NCBI GenBank assembly: GCA_036397895.1
Contig: DASWIA010000047.1
Span: 20,237-84,236, forward strand
Source of the DNA: Acidimicrobiales bacterium
GTDB lineage: Bacteria; Actinomycetota; Acidimicrobiia; Acidimicrobiales; DASWIA01
Length of the DNA stretch: 64,000 nt
Direction of reading: 5' to 3'
A program made the position numbers and the translations under genes. Of this stretch, positions 45,897 through 56,511 are shown piece by piece (the stretch's first letter is position 1; every line of letters begins with the position of its first letter). The notes under the pieces were generated by a model. The model ran no database searches, was not told the origin of the DNA, and saw only the letters and a program-made list of their open reading frames with translations.

Positions 45897-46793
45897 TCAG
45901 AGGTGCTTCACGACCTCGACCATCAGCTCCCCCGCTTCGGTGGGGCTGTGGCCAACGGCCACACCGGCGTCGGCGAGCGCCTCCATCTTGGCCTGGGCCG
46001 TGCCCTTGCCCCCCGAAACGATGGCACCGGCGTGCCCCATCTTCTTGCCCGCCGGGGCGGTGACTCCGGCGATGTAGGAGACGACCGGCTTGCTCATCTT
46101 GTCCTTGATGAACTCGGCTGCCTCCTCCTCCGCCGAGCCGCCGATCTCGCCGATCATCATGACGGCGTCGGTCTCGGGATCGGCCTCGAAGCGCTCGAGG
46201 CAGTCGATGAAGGTCGTACCCGGCACCGGGTCGCCGCCGATGCCCACACAGGAGGACACACCGATGTCGTTGAGCTTGAGCTCATACAGCGCCTGGTAGG
46301 TGAGGGTGCCCGAGCGGGACACGATGCCCACCGTCGCATCACCCGGCACCGGCGCCTTGGCGATGTGGCCGGCGGTGATGCCGATGTTGGCCTTGCCGGG
46401 GCTGATGATGCCGGGACAGTTGGGGCCGAGCAGAGCCACGTTGGGGAAGTCGCGCTGGAGCTTGTTGTAGAACCAGGCTTCGTCCTTGGCGGGCACACCT
46501 TCGGTGATGGCGACGATGAGCTCGACGCCACCCTCGGCCGCCTCGATGACCGCCGATAGCACGCCTGGGGCGGGAATGAAGATGCACGACGCGTTGGCGC
46601 CGGTCTCGGCCACGGCCTCGCCCACCGTGGCGAAGACCGGGATGCCATCCACGTCGGTTCCGGCCTTGTTCGGGTTGGTACCCGCCACCACCTTGGTGCC
46701 GTAGTCGCGGTTCAACAGGCCATAGAACCGGCCCTGGTTCCCGGTGAGGCCCTGGTAGACGACCCTTGTGGTCTCGTCGACGAAGATTGCCAT
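45897..46793 (-). CDS. sucD: Succinate--CoA ligase subunit alpha
   Basis: [22 protein letters not shown] and the phosphohistidine-region motif [14 protein letters not shown] are present. Confidence 0.96.
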   Translation of the reverse strand: MAIFVDETTRVVYQGLTGNQGRFYGLLNRDYGTKVVAGTNPNKAGTDVDGIPVFATVGEAVAETGANASCIFIPAPGVLSAVIEAAEGGVELIVAITEGVPAKDEAWFYNKLQRDFPNVALLGPNCPGIISPGKANIGITAGHIAKAPVPGDATVGIVSRSGTLTYQALYELKLNDIGVSSCVGIGGDPVPGTTFIDCLERFEADPETDAVMMIGEIGGSAEEEAAEFIKDKMSKPVVSYIAGVTAPAGKKMGHAGAIVSGGKGTAQAKMEALADAGVAVGHSPTEAGELMVEVVKHL

Positions 46794-46808
46794 CGGTGCG
46801 CCCTCCCC

Positions 46809-47957
46809 TCAGGCGGTGGCGAGGGCCACTGCGCTGCGGGCGGCCTCGAGCATGGTTGGTTGGATCTGGAGCTTGTCGGAGAGGTGGGGTTCGAGGATGG
46901 CTCGGCCCTCCTCAGCGTTGGTGCCGTCGAGGCGGATGACGACGGGCAGGTCGATCTGCACCCGCTCCAGGGCGGCGACGATCCCGTTGGCTACCTCTTC
47001 ACCTTTGGTGATGCCGCCGAAGATGTTGATGAAGATGGAGCGGACCTCGGGGTCGCCGGTGATGACCTCCATGGCACCGGCCATGACGTCGGCCGACGCC
47101 CCGCCACCGATGTCCAAGAAGTTGGCCGCCCCGCCCCCCACCTGGTTGACGATGTCGACGGTGGACATGGCCAATCCGGCCCCGTTGGCGATGACGCCCA
47201 CCGACCCCTGGAGCCCGACGTACTGGAGGCCCTTCTCCTTGGCTGACTCCTCCCGCTCGTCCCGGGGCTGGGTGGCCTCGATCTCGTCCCACCCCTCGTT
47301 GGGGTGGCGGTAGGCGGCGTTGGCGTCGAGGCTGACCTTGGCGTCAAGGGCGTGTACCTTGCCCTCGGTGGTGAGGATCAGCGGGTTGACCTCGACGAGG
47401 TCGGCGTCACCGTTCACGTAGCACTTGTAGAGCTGGAGCAGGATGTCGACCGCGCCGTCGGTGGCAGCCGGGTTGAGCGTGGCCGCCCGCACCCAGTCGC
47501 GAGCGGCATCGGGAGTGAGACCGTCGACCGGATCGATCCAGATCTTGGCGATGGCGTCGGGGTTGGACTCGGCCACCGACTCGATCTCGACACCACCCTC
47601 GGCCGACAGCATGCCCAGGTGCTTCTTGGCCGATCGATCGAGGGTGAACGATGCGTAGTACTCCTCGGCGATGTCCGAGGCGCGCTCCACCCAGAGGATC
47701 TTCACGATGTGCCCACCGATGTCGAGGCCCAAGATGTCGGTGGCGTGCTGGCGGCACTCCGCGGCATCGGCGGCCAGCTTCACGCCGCCGGCCTTGCCGC
47801 GACCGCCCACGTGCACCTGCGCCTTTACCACGACGGGATACCCGACCTCCTCCGCGGCGGCGACGGCGTCATCGACCGTGGTCACGGCCTGGCCGGCCGA
47901 CACCGGGATGCCATAGCGGGCGAAGTACTGCTTGCCCTGGTACTCCATCAGATCCAC
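46809..47957 (-). CDS. sucC: Succinate--CoA ligase subunit beta
   Basis: GTG start. The ATP-grasp N-terminus has MEYQGKQYFARYGIPV and VVKAQVHVGGRGKAGGVK. NGAGLAMSTVD is also present. Confidence 0.96.
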   Translation of the reverse strand: MDLMEYQGKQYFARYGIPVSAGQAVTTVDDAVAAAEEVGYPVVVKAQVHVGGRGKAGGVKLAADAAECRQHATDILGLDIGGHIVKILWVERASDIAEEYYASFTLDRSAKKHLGMLSAEGGVEIESVAESNPDAIAKIWIDPVDGLTPDAARDWVRAATLNPAATDGAVDILLQLYKCYVNGDADLVEVNPLILTTEGKVHALDAKVSLDANAAYRHPNEGWDEIEATQPRDEREESAKEKGLQYVGLQGSVGVIANGAGLAMSTVDIVNQVGGGAANFLDIGGGASADVMAGAMEVITGDPEVRSIFINIFGGITKGEEVANGIVAALERVQIDLPVVIRLDGTNAEEGRAILEPHLSDKLQIQPTMLEAARSAVALATA

Positions 47958-48062
47958 GAGCGGGCTCCTTGGTTGTGGTTGGTGATCGATCGGTTCGATG
48001 GTTGTAGGTGCCGCCTGAGCCGGCGCGCCGCCGCCGATGGGGCGGGAGGATCGGACATCGGG

Positions 48063-48476
48063 TCAGCCGGCGTTGGCCGCCTTGGCGTCGAGCGTGGCTC
48101 GCAGCCACGAGGCAATGGTGGCCATGGGGGTGCCGGGTGTGAACACCTCGGCCACACCCTGCTCTTTGAGGGCGGCGATGTCGGCGTCGGGGATGATGCC
48201 GCCCCCGAACACCACGACGTCGTCGCGCCCACGCAGGGCGAGCTCGTCGATGACGCGGGGGAACAGCGTCATGTGCGCGCCCGACAGCAACGAGAGGCCG
48301 ACGGCCACCGCGTCCTCTTGGAGCGCCGTCTCCGCCACCTGCTCGGGTGTCTGGTGAAGACCGGTGTAGATGACCTCGAACCCGGCATCGCGAAGGGCCC
48401 GGGCCACGACCTTTGCGCCACGATCGTGACCGTCGAGGCCGGGCTTGGCGACGACGACGCGATGAGGGGTCTCCAC
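48063..48476 (-). CDS. Stand-alone cobalamin (B12)-binding domain protein (methylmalonyl-CoA mutase small-subunit type)
   Basis: 137 aa. The DxHxxG motif appears as [16 protein letters not shown], with SLLSGAH and VVFGGGIIP also present. Confidence 0.85.
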   Translation of the reverse strand: METPHRVVVAKPGLDGHDRGAKVVARALRDAGFEVIYTGLHQTPEQVAETALQEDAVAVGLSLLSGAHMTLFPRVIDELALRGRDDVVVFGGGIIPDADIAALKEQGVAEVFTPGTPMATIASWLRATLDAKAANAG

Positions 48477-48544
48477 GGAACGGCGATACTACGACCCGCC
48501 TCCCAGCCCGTCCCACTCGGCCCGACCCCAACCGCCGGAGATCC

Positions 48545-49015
48545 ATGAAGCGTCAGACCCGTCACCTCCTCATCGCTGCCGCTGGTGTCGCCGCCGGCAT
48601 CGCCATGGTGGTGGCCGTCGTGGTCCTCGGGGAATCAGGAACCATCGAGCTCCAGCTCGGTGACGAAACGTTCGGCGCCGGACGAGCCGACGTGATGACC
48701 GACGTGATCGCCCGTGACGGCCCTGTCCTCTATCCCGATCTGTTGGGCCGTGACCGACCGATCTGGCTCCAGCACCTCGGCGAGGATCCGACCCGCGACT
48801 GGTTCGCCTTCGACGCCATCGCACCCGGTGCCGATGGCCGCTGCGTCACCGAGTGGCGCAGCGCGCCGGACGACGCCGACGGTGGCGAGTTCGCCGATCC
48901 CTGCTCCGGTGCCGTGTTCGGGGCTCGGGGGGTGGGACTCACCCGCTATCGGGTCGACGTGGTGGGCGGCGAGGTCATCGTCGACCTGCGTGCGGTGCGG
49001 TGGGTCAGGAGCTGA
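48545..49015 (+). CDS. Hypothetical membrane-anchored protein
   Basis: ATG at 48545 (MKRQTRHLLIAAAGVAAGIAMVVAVVVL). There is a single N-terminal TM segment and no recognised domain. Confidence 0.5.
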   Translation: MKRQTRHLLIAAAGVAAGIAMVVAVVVLGESGTIELQLGDETFGAGRADVMTDVIARDGPVLYPDLLGRDRPIWLQHLGEDPTRDWFAFDAIAPGADGRCVTEWRSAPDDADGGEFADPCSGAVFGARGVGLTRYRVDVVGGEVIVDLRAVRWVRS

Positions 49016-50507
49016 ACAGGGAGCGCACCTCGCGCTTGTGCACCTTGCGGGTACCGGTGCGCGGGAGATCGTCGACAACGATCACCTTGGTAGGGCGCTT
49101 GTACTCGGCGAGATGGTCAGCGGCCCAGGCGATGACGTCGCCCGTGGTGGTGGTCGCACCCTCGGCGAAGCGCACCGCGGCCGCCGGCACCTCGCCGAGC
49201 CGGTCGTCGGGAAGCCCGACGACGCAGGCTTCAATGATGTCGGGGTGCTCCTCGAGCTTGTGCTCCACCTCGACGGCCACGATCGTGTACCCACCGTGAA
49301 GGATCACGTCCTTCTGCCGGCCGGCGAAGGAGACCATCCCCAGTGGCCCTCGGCGGGCGAGGTCGCCGGTGCGCAACCAGCCGTCGATGGTGACGGTCTC
49401 GGCGCTCCGCTCGTCGTCGCCGTGATATCCCCGCAGCACACCAGGTCCCTTGACCCACAGCTCGCCGATCTCACCCCGGTCGACCACCTCACCGTCGTCG
49501 TCGACGACCCGCATCTGGTAGCCGGGCAGCGAGATTCCCAGGAACTGGTCGGTGGGCAGGTGCAGGAACGGGGGGCTGATCTTGGCCGCCACCCCGCCTC
49601 CCACCTCGACCATTCCGTACCCCTCGGCAAAGGCAGCCTGACCCAGACTGGTGTGCACCAGCGGCAGGGTGAGGGTGGCGCCGAACTGCTTGAACTGGAG
49701 GGCCAGGTCCTCGGGCATGGCATCGGCGCCCGACGCCCAGAGGCGGACGCCCGACAGGTCACGGTCGGCCGCACCGGCCTCGAGGAGCATGCGGTACATG
49801 GCGGGGACCCCGACGAAGATCGACGAACGCCGGCGCTCGAGGGCGTCGAGCACGTCGAGCGGGCGGAACCGCGGGAGGTGATGCACGGGGATGCCGGCGG
49901 TGGCCAGCATGGTGACGACCGCGAATCCCATGATGTGGGCGAGCGGGAGTGATGCGACCGCCTCGTCGCGGCGAAGTCCCGACGGCCACAGTGCCAGAGG
50001 GGTGGCCGACCCGATGAGGGCACGGTGCGTGAGCCGGGCGCCCTTGGGCAGGCCAGTCGTTCCGGACGTGTAGAAGAGGGCAGCCACGTCGTCTGGTTCG
50101 GCTCCTACGGGCTCCTCGAGACAGGCGGCGTCGTCGACATCGTGAGCACTGTGGATCACAAGCGTCGCCTCGCAATCAGCGACGACGTGGTCGCACTCCT
50201 CTGGCCGCATCAGCGGGTTGACCGGCACGATGGTCCCGCCGGCGCGGCTGGCGGCGCAGCAGAGCAGGAAGAACTCGTACGTGTTGGGAGTGGCGATGAC
50301 CACTCGATCACCAGGAGCGATCCGCTTGGAGATGCCTCCCGCCCAGCGGGACACCCGCTTGGCCGCCTGCCGGTAGGTGAGGCTCAGCTCGGGATCGGAC
50401 TGGGTGACGAGGATCCGATCCTCGTGGACACGCGCCAGCCGTTCCATGAGATCGCCCAGCGTGACGTGGCGGCGGATGGCCAGGTCGGCGCGTTCGAGGG
50501 TCCGCAT
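49005..50507 (-). CDS. Acyl-CoA synthetase (AMP-binding enzyme family)
   Basis: ATG at 50507. The AMP-binding motif is LFYTSGTTGLPKGARLTH, and YGMVE, GWLRTGDL and the C-terminal RTGTRKVHK are present. Confidence 0.88.
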   Translation of the reverse strand: MRTLERADLAIRRHVTLGDLMERLARVHEDRILVTQSDPELSLTYRQAAKRVSRWAGGISKRIAPGDRVVIATPNTYEFFLLCCAASRAGGTIVPVNPLMRPEECDHVVADCEATLVIHSAHDVDDAACLEEPVGAEPDDVAALFYTSGTTGLPKGARLTHRALIGSATPLALWPSGLRRDEAVASLPLAHIMGFAVVTMLATAGIPVHHLPRFRPLDVLDALERRRSSIFVGVPAMYRMLLEAGAADRDLSGVRLWASGADAMPEDLALQFKQFGATLTLPLVHTSLGQAAFAEGYGMVEVGGGVAAKISPPFLHLPTDQFLGISLPGYQMRVVDDDGEVVDRGEIGELWVKGPGVLRGYHGDDERSAETVTIDGWLRTGDLARRGPLGMVSFAGRQKDVILHGGYTIVAVEVEHKLEEHPDIIEACVVGLPDDRLGEVPAAAVRFAEGATTTTGDVIAWAADHLAEYKRPTKVIVVDDLPRTGTRKVHKREVRSLFSS

Positions 50508-50621
50508 GAAGATCACCTCTGGGTCGATTCGGCCCCGGTTGGCGGTGGTGGGTGCTGAGAGCAGATGACCCTCAGCCTGCCGCGCTGGCACCGGTGGGTG
50601 CCAACTTCCGCGAGCGGTTGG

Positions 50622-52940
50622 TCACTCGACCTTGTCGAGGGGTGCCCACGAGAGGAGAAGGCGCTTGTCGCCGACCGAGGGGAAGCGGACCAGGGCCTCG
50701 GCCTTGTCGCCGGATCCTTCGGTCTCGACGACGGTGCCCACGCCCCATGTGCCATGGCGCACGCGATCGCCCGGTTGGAGACCCAGGTCCTGCCCGCCTG
50801 TGTCGATTGAATTGCGATGGCCCGCGGCGACTGCCGAGTCGACGAGCGCCTGGTGGCCCCGCCCTCCTCCGAACGTCCGACCCGCCGGCTGGTCATCAGG
50901 ATCGCCCCAACCGCCTCCGTCATCGCTGTCCCGGGAGCGTCGCCGGCCCAGGCCGCGGCCGTGGCGCGACCACCCGCCGCCACTACGTCGGCCGTGGCGG
51001 CGCGGTGGCGTGACGTCGTCGAGCAGCTCGGCGGGGAGCTCCTTGAGGAAGCGGCTGGGCGGGTTGTACTGGCTCGAACCGTGCAGCATCCGCACCTCGG
51101 CGTTGCACAGGTACAACCGCCGCTGCGCCCGGGTGATGCCGACGTAGCAGAGGCGACGCTCCTCCTCGAGCTGGTGGGGATCACCGAGGCTGTTCATGTG
51201 AGGGAACACACCGTCCTCGAGACCCAGGAGGAACACCACCGGGTACTCGAGGCCCTTGGCTGAGTGCAGGGTCATGAGCACGACTGAGGTCTCGTCGCCG
51301 CGCTCGGCCTCGAGGGCATCGGTGTCGGCCACGAGGCTGACCTGTTCCAGGAACTCGTCGATCCCGCCCGCTTCCGCGGCGACGTTGAGAAGCTCTTCGA
51401 TGTTCTCGAGCCGCCCCTCGGATTCGATGGTGCCCTCGGCTCGCAGCTCGGCCTGGTAGCCGGTGCGCTCGATGGCGACCTCGATTGCGGCGGCCGCTGA
51501 CTCCTTTGCCGCCTCCCGCACCTGGGCCAGGGCGACCAGGAAGCGGCCGATGCCTTGGCCGGGGCGGGGGCCGACGCCGGCCTCGTGGCTTCGTTCGAGC
51601 GCCTCGTTGAAGGTGACGCCGTGGGCCGCCGCCCACTGCTCGAGCGTGCCGACCGTGGTATCCCCGACCCCCCGCTTGGGCACGTTCAGCACCCGCTTGA
51701 GCGACACCTCGTCGAACGGGTTGGTGGCCGCCTTCACGTAGGCGAGAACGTCTTTGATCTCACGGCGGTCGTAGAAGCGGGTGCCGCCGATCACCTTGTA
51801 GGGCACACCGGTGCGGACGAGCTCCTCCTCGACGGCACGGCTCTGAGCATTGGTTCGGTAGAAGACCGCCATCTCTCCCCATCCCACCTCGCCGGTGTCG
51901 CGCAGGCGAGCAACCTCGTGCGCCACGAAGCGGGCTTCGTCGTGCTCGTCGGTGGCCTCGTAGCGCCGGATCGGTTCGCCCTCGCCGGCGTCGGTCCACA
52001 GGTCCTTGGGCTGGCGGTACTGGTTGTTGGAGATCACCGCGTTCGCCGCGTTCAGGATGCGGCTGGTCGAGCGGTAGTTCTGGTCGAGCACCACGGTGGT
52101 GGCCTCGGGGAACGCCTCGGAGAACCCCAAGAAGTTCCGGTGATCAGCACCTCGAAAGCTGTACACCGACTGGTCGCTGTCGCCCACCACGCAGACGTTG
52201 CCGTGGCCCTGGCCCAGGCGCACGACAAGCTCGTTCTGGGTGGCGTTGGTGTCCTGGTACTCGTCGACGAGGATGTGACCGAAGCGCTCCTGGTAGTGCA
52301 TCAGGACGTCGGGGTGGTCGCGCATGATCTGCACGGTGACCAACAACAGGTCGTCGAAGTCCATGGCGTTCGCCCGGCGCAGACGGGCTTGGTACTGCTC
52401 GTAGACCTCGGCCACCTTCCGCTCGAAGATGGTGCGAGCACTCTCGCCGAGCGATGCCACCGACATTCCCTCGTTCTTGGCGGCCGAGATGGCCGCGTGC
52501 ACCTTGCGGGGCGGAAGGCGCTTGGGGTCGGCCCCGAGGTCGCGAAGCACGTAGGTGGCCAGCCGCACGGCGTCGGCCTGGTCGTAGATGGTGAACCCCG
52601 ACTGGTAGCCGCCGAGCTCGGCCTCGCGTCGGAGGATCCGCACGCACGCAGAGTGGAACGTGGAGACCCACATCTTCGAGGCGACGGGGCCCACCAACCG
52701 AGCGACGCGCGACTTCATCTCGTCGGCTGCCTTGTTGGTGAAGGTGATGGCCAGGATGTCGAACGGCGAGACATTGCGATCGCGGATGAGGTGGGCGATG
52801 CGGTGCGTGAGCACGCGGGTCTTGCCCGAACCGGCGCCGGCGATCACCTGGAGCGGGCCCTCGGGGTGGGTGACGGCGTCGTACTGGGCCGGGTTCAGGT
52901 CATCGAGAAGCCGGTCGGCCTGCTCCGGAGCGTCGGTCAC
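50622..52940 (-). CDS. pcrA: ATP-dependent DNA helicase PcrA (UvrD family)
   Basis: GTG start. LNPAQYDAV, AGAGSGKTRVLTHR, VDEYQDTN, and a C-terminal Gly/Arg-rich linker plus small beta domain (GDRVRHGTWGVGTVV) are present. Confidence 0.92.
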   Translation of the reverse strand: MTDAPEQADRLLDDLNPAQYDAVTHPEGPLQVIAGAGSGKTRVLTHRIAHLIRDRNVSPFDILAITFTNKAADEMKSRVARLVGPVASKMWVSTFHSACVRILRREAELGGYQSGFTIYDQADAVRLATYVLRDLGADPKRLPPRKVHAAISAAKNEGMSVASLGESARTIFERKVAEVYEQYQARLRRANAMDFDDLLLVTVQIMRDHPDVLMHYQERFGHILVDEYQDTNATQNELVVRLGQGHGNVCVVGDSDQSVYSFRGADHRNFLGFSEAFPEATTVVLDQNYRSTSRILNAANAVISNNQYRQPKDLWTDAGEGEPIRRYEATDEHDEARFVAHEVARLRDTGEVGWGEMAVFYRTNAQSRAVEEELVRTGVPYKVIGGTRFYDRREIKDVLAYVKAATNPFDEVSLKRVLNVPKRGVGDTTVGTLEQWAAAHGVTFNEALERSHEAGVGPRPGQGIGRFLVALAQVREAAKESAAAAIEVAIERTGYQAELRAEGTIESEGRLENIEELLNVAAEAGGIDEFLEQVSLVADTDALEAERGDETSVVLMTLHSAKGLEYPVVFLLGLEDGVFPHMNSLGDPHQLEEERRLCYVGITRAQRRLYLCNAEVRMLHGSSQYNPPSRFLKELPAELLDDVTPPRRHGRRSGGGWSRHGRGLGRRRSRDSDDGGGWGDPDDQPAGRTFGGGRGHQALVDSAVAAGHRNSIDTGGQDLGLQPGDRVRHGTWGVGTVVETEGSGDKAEALVRFPSVGDKRLLLSWAPLDKVE

Positions 52941-53002
52941 CGAACCACCCTACCGGTGCCGCCATCGCGCCAAACCACACGCGTGTGAGCCCACCGGAGC
53001 GC

Positions 53003-53788
53003 TCAGAGCAGGCGGTCGGCGAAGAAGTCGAGAACCTGGTGCAAGGCGTCGCGAGTGGGATGGCCCTCTACGTCCTGGAGGTCCTCGGTGAGCACAGAGT
53101 GGGCGATGGACTTGTTGCCCCACGGATTGCCCTTCGACGAGTCGATCTCCACGCCGATGAACGCCTCGCCGAGCTGGCGTCGGAGCGCGTCGAATCGGTC
53201 GCCGGGCGCCATCCGGTCGTTGGTGAACCGGAGACCCAGAACCTGGCACCCATCGGCGGCGCGCTCCTTCACCACCTCGAGGTCCGAAGGCGAGACACCG
53301 AGGTCTCTGCGGTGCGAACGGGTGAGTGGAAACGGGCTCGAGGGCTGGGACAGCACCGGCGCCACGACGACGGGATCGACCATCATCCCCAGAGCGAACC
53401 CCCCCGAGAAGCACATGCCCACCGCACCGACGCCCGGGCCGCCACCACGCTGGTGGGCGGTGCGCGACAGCGCCTTGAGCCACTCGATGATCGGCGACGT
53501 CTTCCCCGTCGCCAGCATGGTGAACTCCCGGGCCACGCACACCCTGGCCATCGACGACAGGATGTAGGGCATCGCCGGCTCCTTGCCCACCGTGCCCACA
53601 AGGTCGGGCATGAACACCGACATGCCTCGGTCGATCACCCGGCGGCCGAAGTCGGCGACCTTGGGCGTGACCCCGGGGATCTCGTGGACGACGACCACGG
53701 CGGGGCCCTCTCCTCCGACCCACACGTCGCGTGTGGCCCCACCGTGAGTGAATGGCTCCGGTGTGAATCCGTCGAGGGGTCCAGGCAT
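53003..53788 (-). CDS. Dienelactone hydrolase family protein
   Basis: 261 aa alpha/beta hydrolase. VVVVHEIPGV and the nucleophile region GAVGMCFSGGFA are present. Confidence 0.75.
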   Translation of the reverse strand: MPGPLDGFTPEPFTHGGATRDVWVGGEGPAVVVVHEIPGVTPKVADFGRRVIDRGMSVFMPDLVGTVGKEPAMPYILSSMARVCVAREFTMLATGKTSPIIEWLKALSRTAHQRGGGPGVGAVGMCFSGGFALGMMVDPVVVAPVLSQPSSPFPLTRSHRRDLGVSPSDLEVVKERAADGCQVLGLRFTNDRMAPGDRFDALRRQLGEAFIGVEIDSSKGNPWGNKSIAHSVLTEDLQDVEGHPTRDALHQVLDFFADRLL

Positions 53789-53823
53789 CCGCTCACCCTA
53801 TGACGCCACGGGTCCCCCAGCGA

Positions 53824-54924
53824 TCAGGCGGGAGGACCGCAGAACGAGTCGGCCGCTTCGGCGCAGAGAGCGGCGAGGCGGGACTCGCATCGCCCGTACT
53901 TCTTCCGGTAGCCGCCGTGGCGGTAGGTCTCGGGGAAGAGGTCACCGATGGGCCGCCCCTCGAGCACAACCGGCACCCCGGCGTCGTAGAGCTCGTCGAC
54001 GAGGTGCACGAACAGCAGGGCGTCGCCCTGGTTGGGAAGCGGGCGCAGGTTCTCCATCACCACCAGGTCGAGGCCGTCGACCAGGGCGTGGTACTGGACC
54101 GGGTGGATCGAACGGAGATGTCCGATCACATCGACGGCGTCGTCCACGGCGACCGCCGCCCCGCCTTCGAGCGCCGCACCCGCCACCCGGGCGGCAACGT
54201 CGGGCGCGACACAATCCGCTTCGTGACGGGTTCTGGCCCGATAGTCGGGACCATCGATCCGCACGACGTCGAAGTGGTCGGCGATGGCCGTGATCTCACG
54301 GCGGAAGTCGTCGGCGGCGAATCGTCCCTCGCCCAGCCGGTCGGGCAACGAGTTCGACGTGGTGACCACCCGCGCTCCACCCTTGGCCACCGCAGCCCGG
54401 AGGAAGGTGACAGCCAGGAGCGTGTTGCCCACGTCGTCGAGCTCGAACTCGTCGATGCACAGGAGCCGGAAGTGGGCGAAGGCCTCGATGGCGGCCGGCA
54501 TCCCCAGGAACCCGACGATCGCCGTGAGCTCGGCGAAGGTGAGGTAGGCCGAGGGAACGAGGTTGAAGGTCGCCTCGTACCACGCGGCGGCGAGCAAGTG
54601 GGTCTTGCCCACCCCGTAACCTCCGTCGAGGTAGCGGCCACGGGTGGCATCGCCCGTCGGCGCCGGGCGGTGGCGACGCCGGGCGAGTCGGCTCAACGGC
54701 GACGGGCGCACCGGACGGCCGGCCTGCTGGCCGACGAGATCGGCGATGAAGGCGACCAGACCATCTCGGGCAGCCGCCTGCGAGGGGTGCGAGGCGTCGG
54801 GCAGGAAGGTGTCGAAGCGAACGTCGGAGAACCGCCGGGGTGGCACCAGTGACTCCACCAGGGTCGCAACGTCGTGGCGTGGGTGGCGATCGACGAGCCT
54901 CAGCGAGGTTCCCGTCACTCCCAT
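53824..54924 (-). CDS. zapE: Cell division protein ZapE (AFG1-like ATPase)
   Basis: Walker A is [12 protein letters not shown] and Walker [12 protein letters not shown]. The start overlaps the guaA stop (ATG at 54924 or GTG at 54918). Confidence 0.8.
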   Translation of the reverse strand: MGVTGTSLRLVDRHPRHDVATLVESLVPPRRFSDVRFDTFLPDASHPSQAAARDGLVAFIADLVGQQAGRPVRPSPLSRLARRRHRPAPTGDATRGRYLDGGYGVGKTHLLAAAWYEATFNLVPSAYLTFAELTAIVGFLGMPAAIEAFAHFRLLCIDEFELDDVGNTLLAVTFLRAAVAKGGARVVTTSNSLPDRLGEGRFAADDFRREITAIADHFDVVRIDGPDYRARTRHEADCVAPDVAARVAGAALEGGAAVAVDDAVDVIGHLRSIHPVQYHALVDGLDLVVMENLRPLPNQGDALLFVHLVDELYDAGVPVVLEGRPIGDLFPETYRHGGYRKKYGRCESRLAALCAEAADSFCGPPA

Positions 54925-56459
54925 TCGATGGTGCCGGGCGGTTTCGACGTGATGTCGTACGCCACGCGGTTGACGCTGTCGACCTCGTTGATGATGCGAG
55001 TCGAGAGCTTGGCCAGCAGCTCGTGAGGCAGCCGGGCCCAGTCGGCGGTCATGGCATCGTCGGAGGTGACGGCGCGGATGACGACGGGGTACGCGTACGT
55101 CCGCTCGTCGCCCATCACCCCGACGGACCGGATGTCGGGGAGCACGGCGAACGCCTGCCAGATCTCCCGCTCGAGGCCGGCCGCCCGCAGCTCCTCACGG
55201 ACGATGGCGTCGGCTCGGCGCAGAACGGCAAGCTTGGTGGGTGTGACCTCACCGATGATGCGCACGGCCAGTCCTGGCCCCGGGAAGGGCTGGCGCCACA
55301 CGATCTCGGCCGGCAGCCCGAGCTCCTCACCCACTCGCCGGACCTCGTCCTTGAAGAGATCCCGCAGCGGTTCGCAGAGCTCGAACTCCATGTCGTCGGG
55401 GAGGCCACCGACGTTGTGGTGGCTTTTGATCTTTGCCGCGTCGGCGGTGCCGCTCTCGATCACGTCGGGGTAGAGAGTCCCTTGGACGAGGTAGGTGGCG
55501 TCGCCGGCGTCAGCCGCCGCCTGTTCGAAGGTGCGGATGAACAGCTCACCGATGATCTTCCGCTTCTCCTCGGGATCGGTGATGCCGGCCAGCCGCTCAG
55601 CGAATCGGTCGGCGGCGTCGACATGGATCAGCCGGATGCCCTGATGTCGCTCGAAGGTATCGACGACCTGTTCCGCCTCACCCTCTCGCAGCAGCCCGTG
55701 GTCGACGAAGACGCACGTGAGCTGATCACCGACAGCGCGGTGGACCAGCGCGGCGGCCACCGAAGAGTCGACGCCGCCGGAGAGGCCGCAGATGACATCG
55801 TCGGAGCCGACCTGGGCCCGGATGGCCTCCACCTGGCTGTCGATGATCGACGTCATGGTCCAGCTGGGGCGGGCGCCCGCCGCGTCGTACAGGAAGTGCT
55901 GGAGCACCTCTTGGCCGTGGGGAGTGTGCGCGACCTCGGGATGGAACTGCACACCGTAGAAGCCTCCGTCGGTGTCTTCGAAGGCCGCGACCGGGGCTTC
56001 GGCCGATGAGGCCGTGACCAGCGAACCCGGAGGCGGGGTGGTGATCGAATCGAAGTGGCTCATCCACACCGGCTGGCGCGACGGCAGGCCGTGGCCGAGA
56101 AGGACGCCGGGTTCGAGCACTTCGAGGTCGGTACCTCCGTACTCGCCGCGCCCGGTGCGCGACACCTCGCCACCGCGATCGCGGGCGATGAGCTGGGCGC
56201 CGTAACAGATGCCCAGGACCGGGATGTCGAGGTCGTAGATGGCCGGGTCGATGCCAGGGGCGCCGTCGACGTGCACTGACTTCGGTCCACCGCTGAAGAT
56301 CAGCGCCGTGGGTCCGAGCTCGGCCACCTCGGCGGCGCTGATCGTGCTCGGCACGATCTCGGAGTGGACGTGGGCCTCACGGACCCGGCGAGCGATGAGC
56401 TGGGCGTACTGGGCGCCGAAGTCGACGACGAGAACAGTGTCGAAGGATTCGGCGGTCAT
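54915..56459 (-). CDS. guaA: GMP synthase (glutamine-hydrolyzing)
   Basis: The GATase region has [10 protein letters not shown]. The PP-loop is [10 protein letters not shown], and the C-terminus is [11 protein letters not shown]. Confidence 0.97.
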   Translation of the reverse strand: MTAESFDTVLVVDFGAQYAQLIARRVREAHVHSEIVPSTISAAEVAELGPTALIFSGGPKSVHVDGAPGIDPAIYDLDIPVLGICYGAQLIARDRGGEVSRTGRGEYGGTDLEVLEPGVLLGHGLPSRQPVWMSHFDSITTPPPGSLVTASSAEAPVAAFEDTDGGFYGVQFHPEVAHTPHGQEVLQHFLYDAAGARPSWTMTSIIDSQVEAIRAQVGSDDVICGLSGGVDSSVAAALVHRAVGDQLTCVFVDHGLLREGEAEQVVDTFERHQGIRLIHVDAADRFAERLAGITDPEEKRKIIGELFIRTFEQAAADAGDATYLVQGTLYPDVIESGTADAAKIKSHHNVGGLPDDMEFELCEPLRDLFKDEVRRVGEELGLPAEIVWRQPFPGPGLAVRIIGEVTPTKLAVLRRADAIVREELRAAGLEREIWQAFAVLPDIRSVGVMGDERTYAYPVVIRAVTSDDAMTADWARLPHELLAKLSTRIINEVDSVNRVAYDITSKPPGTIEWE

Positions 56460-56511
56460 CGGTGCTCAGTGAGTTCGGAGGGCAGTATCGAACGGCGGCC
56501 GGGGGGAAGGG

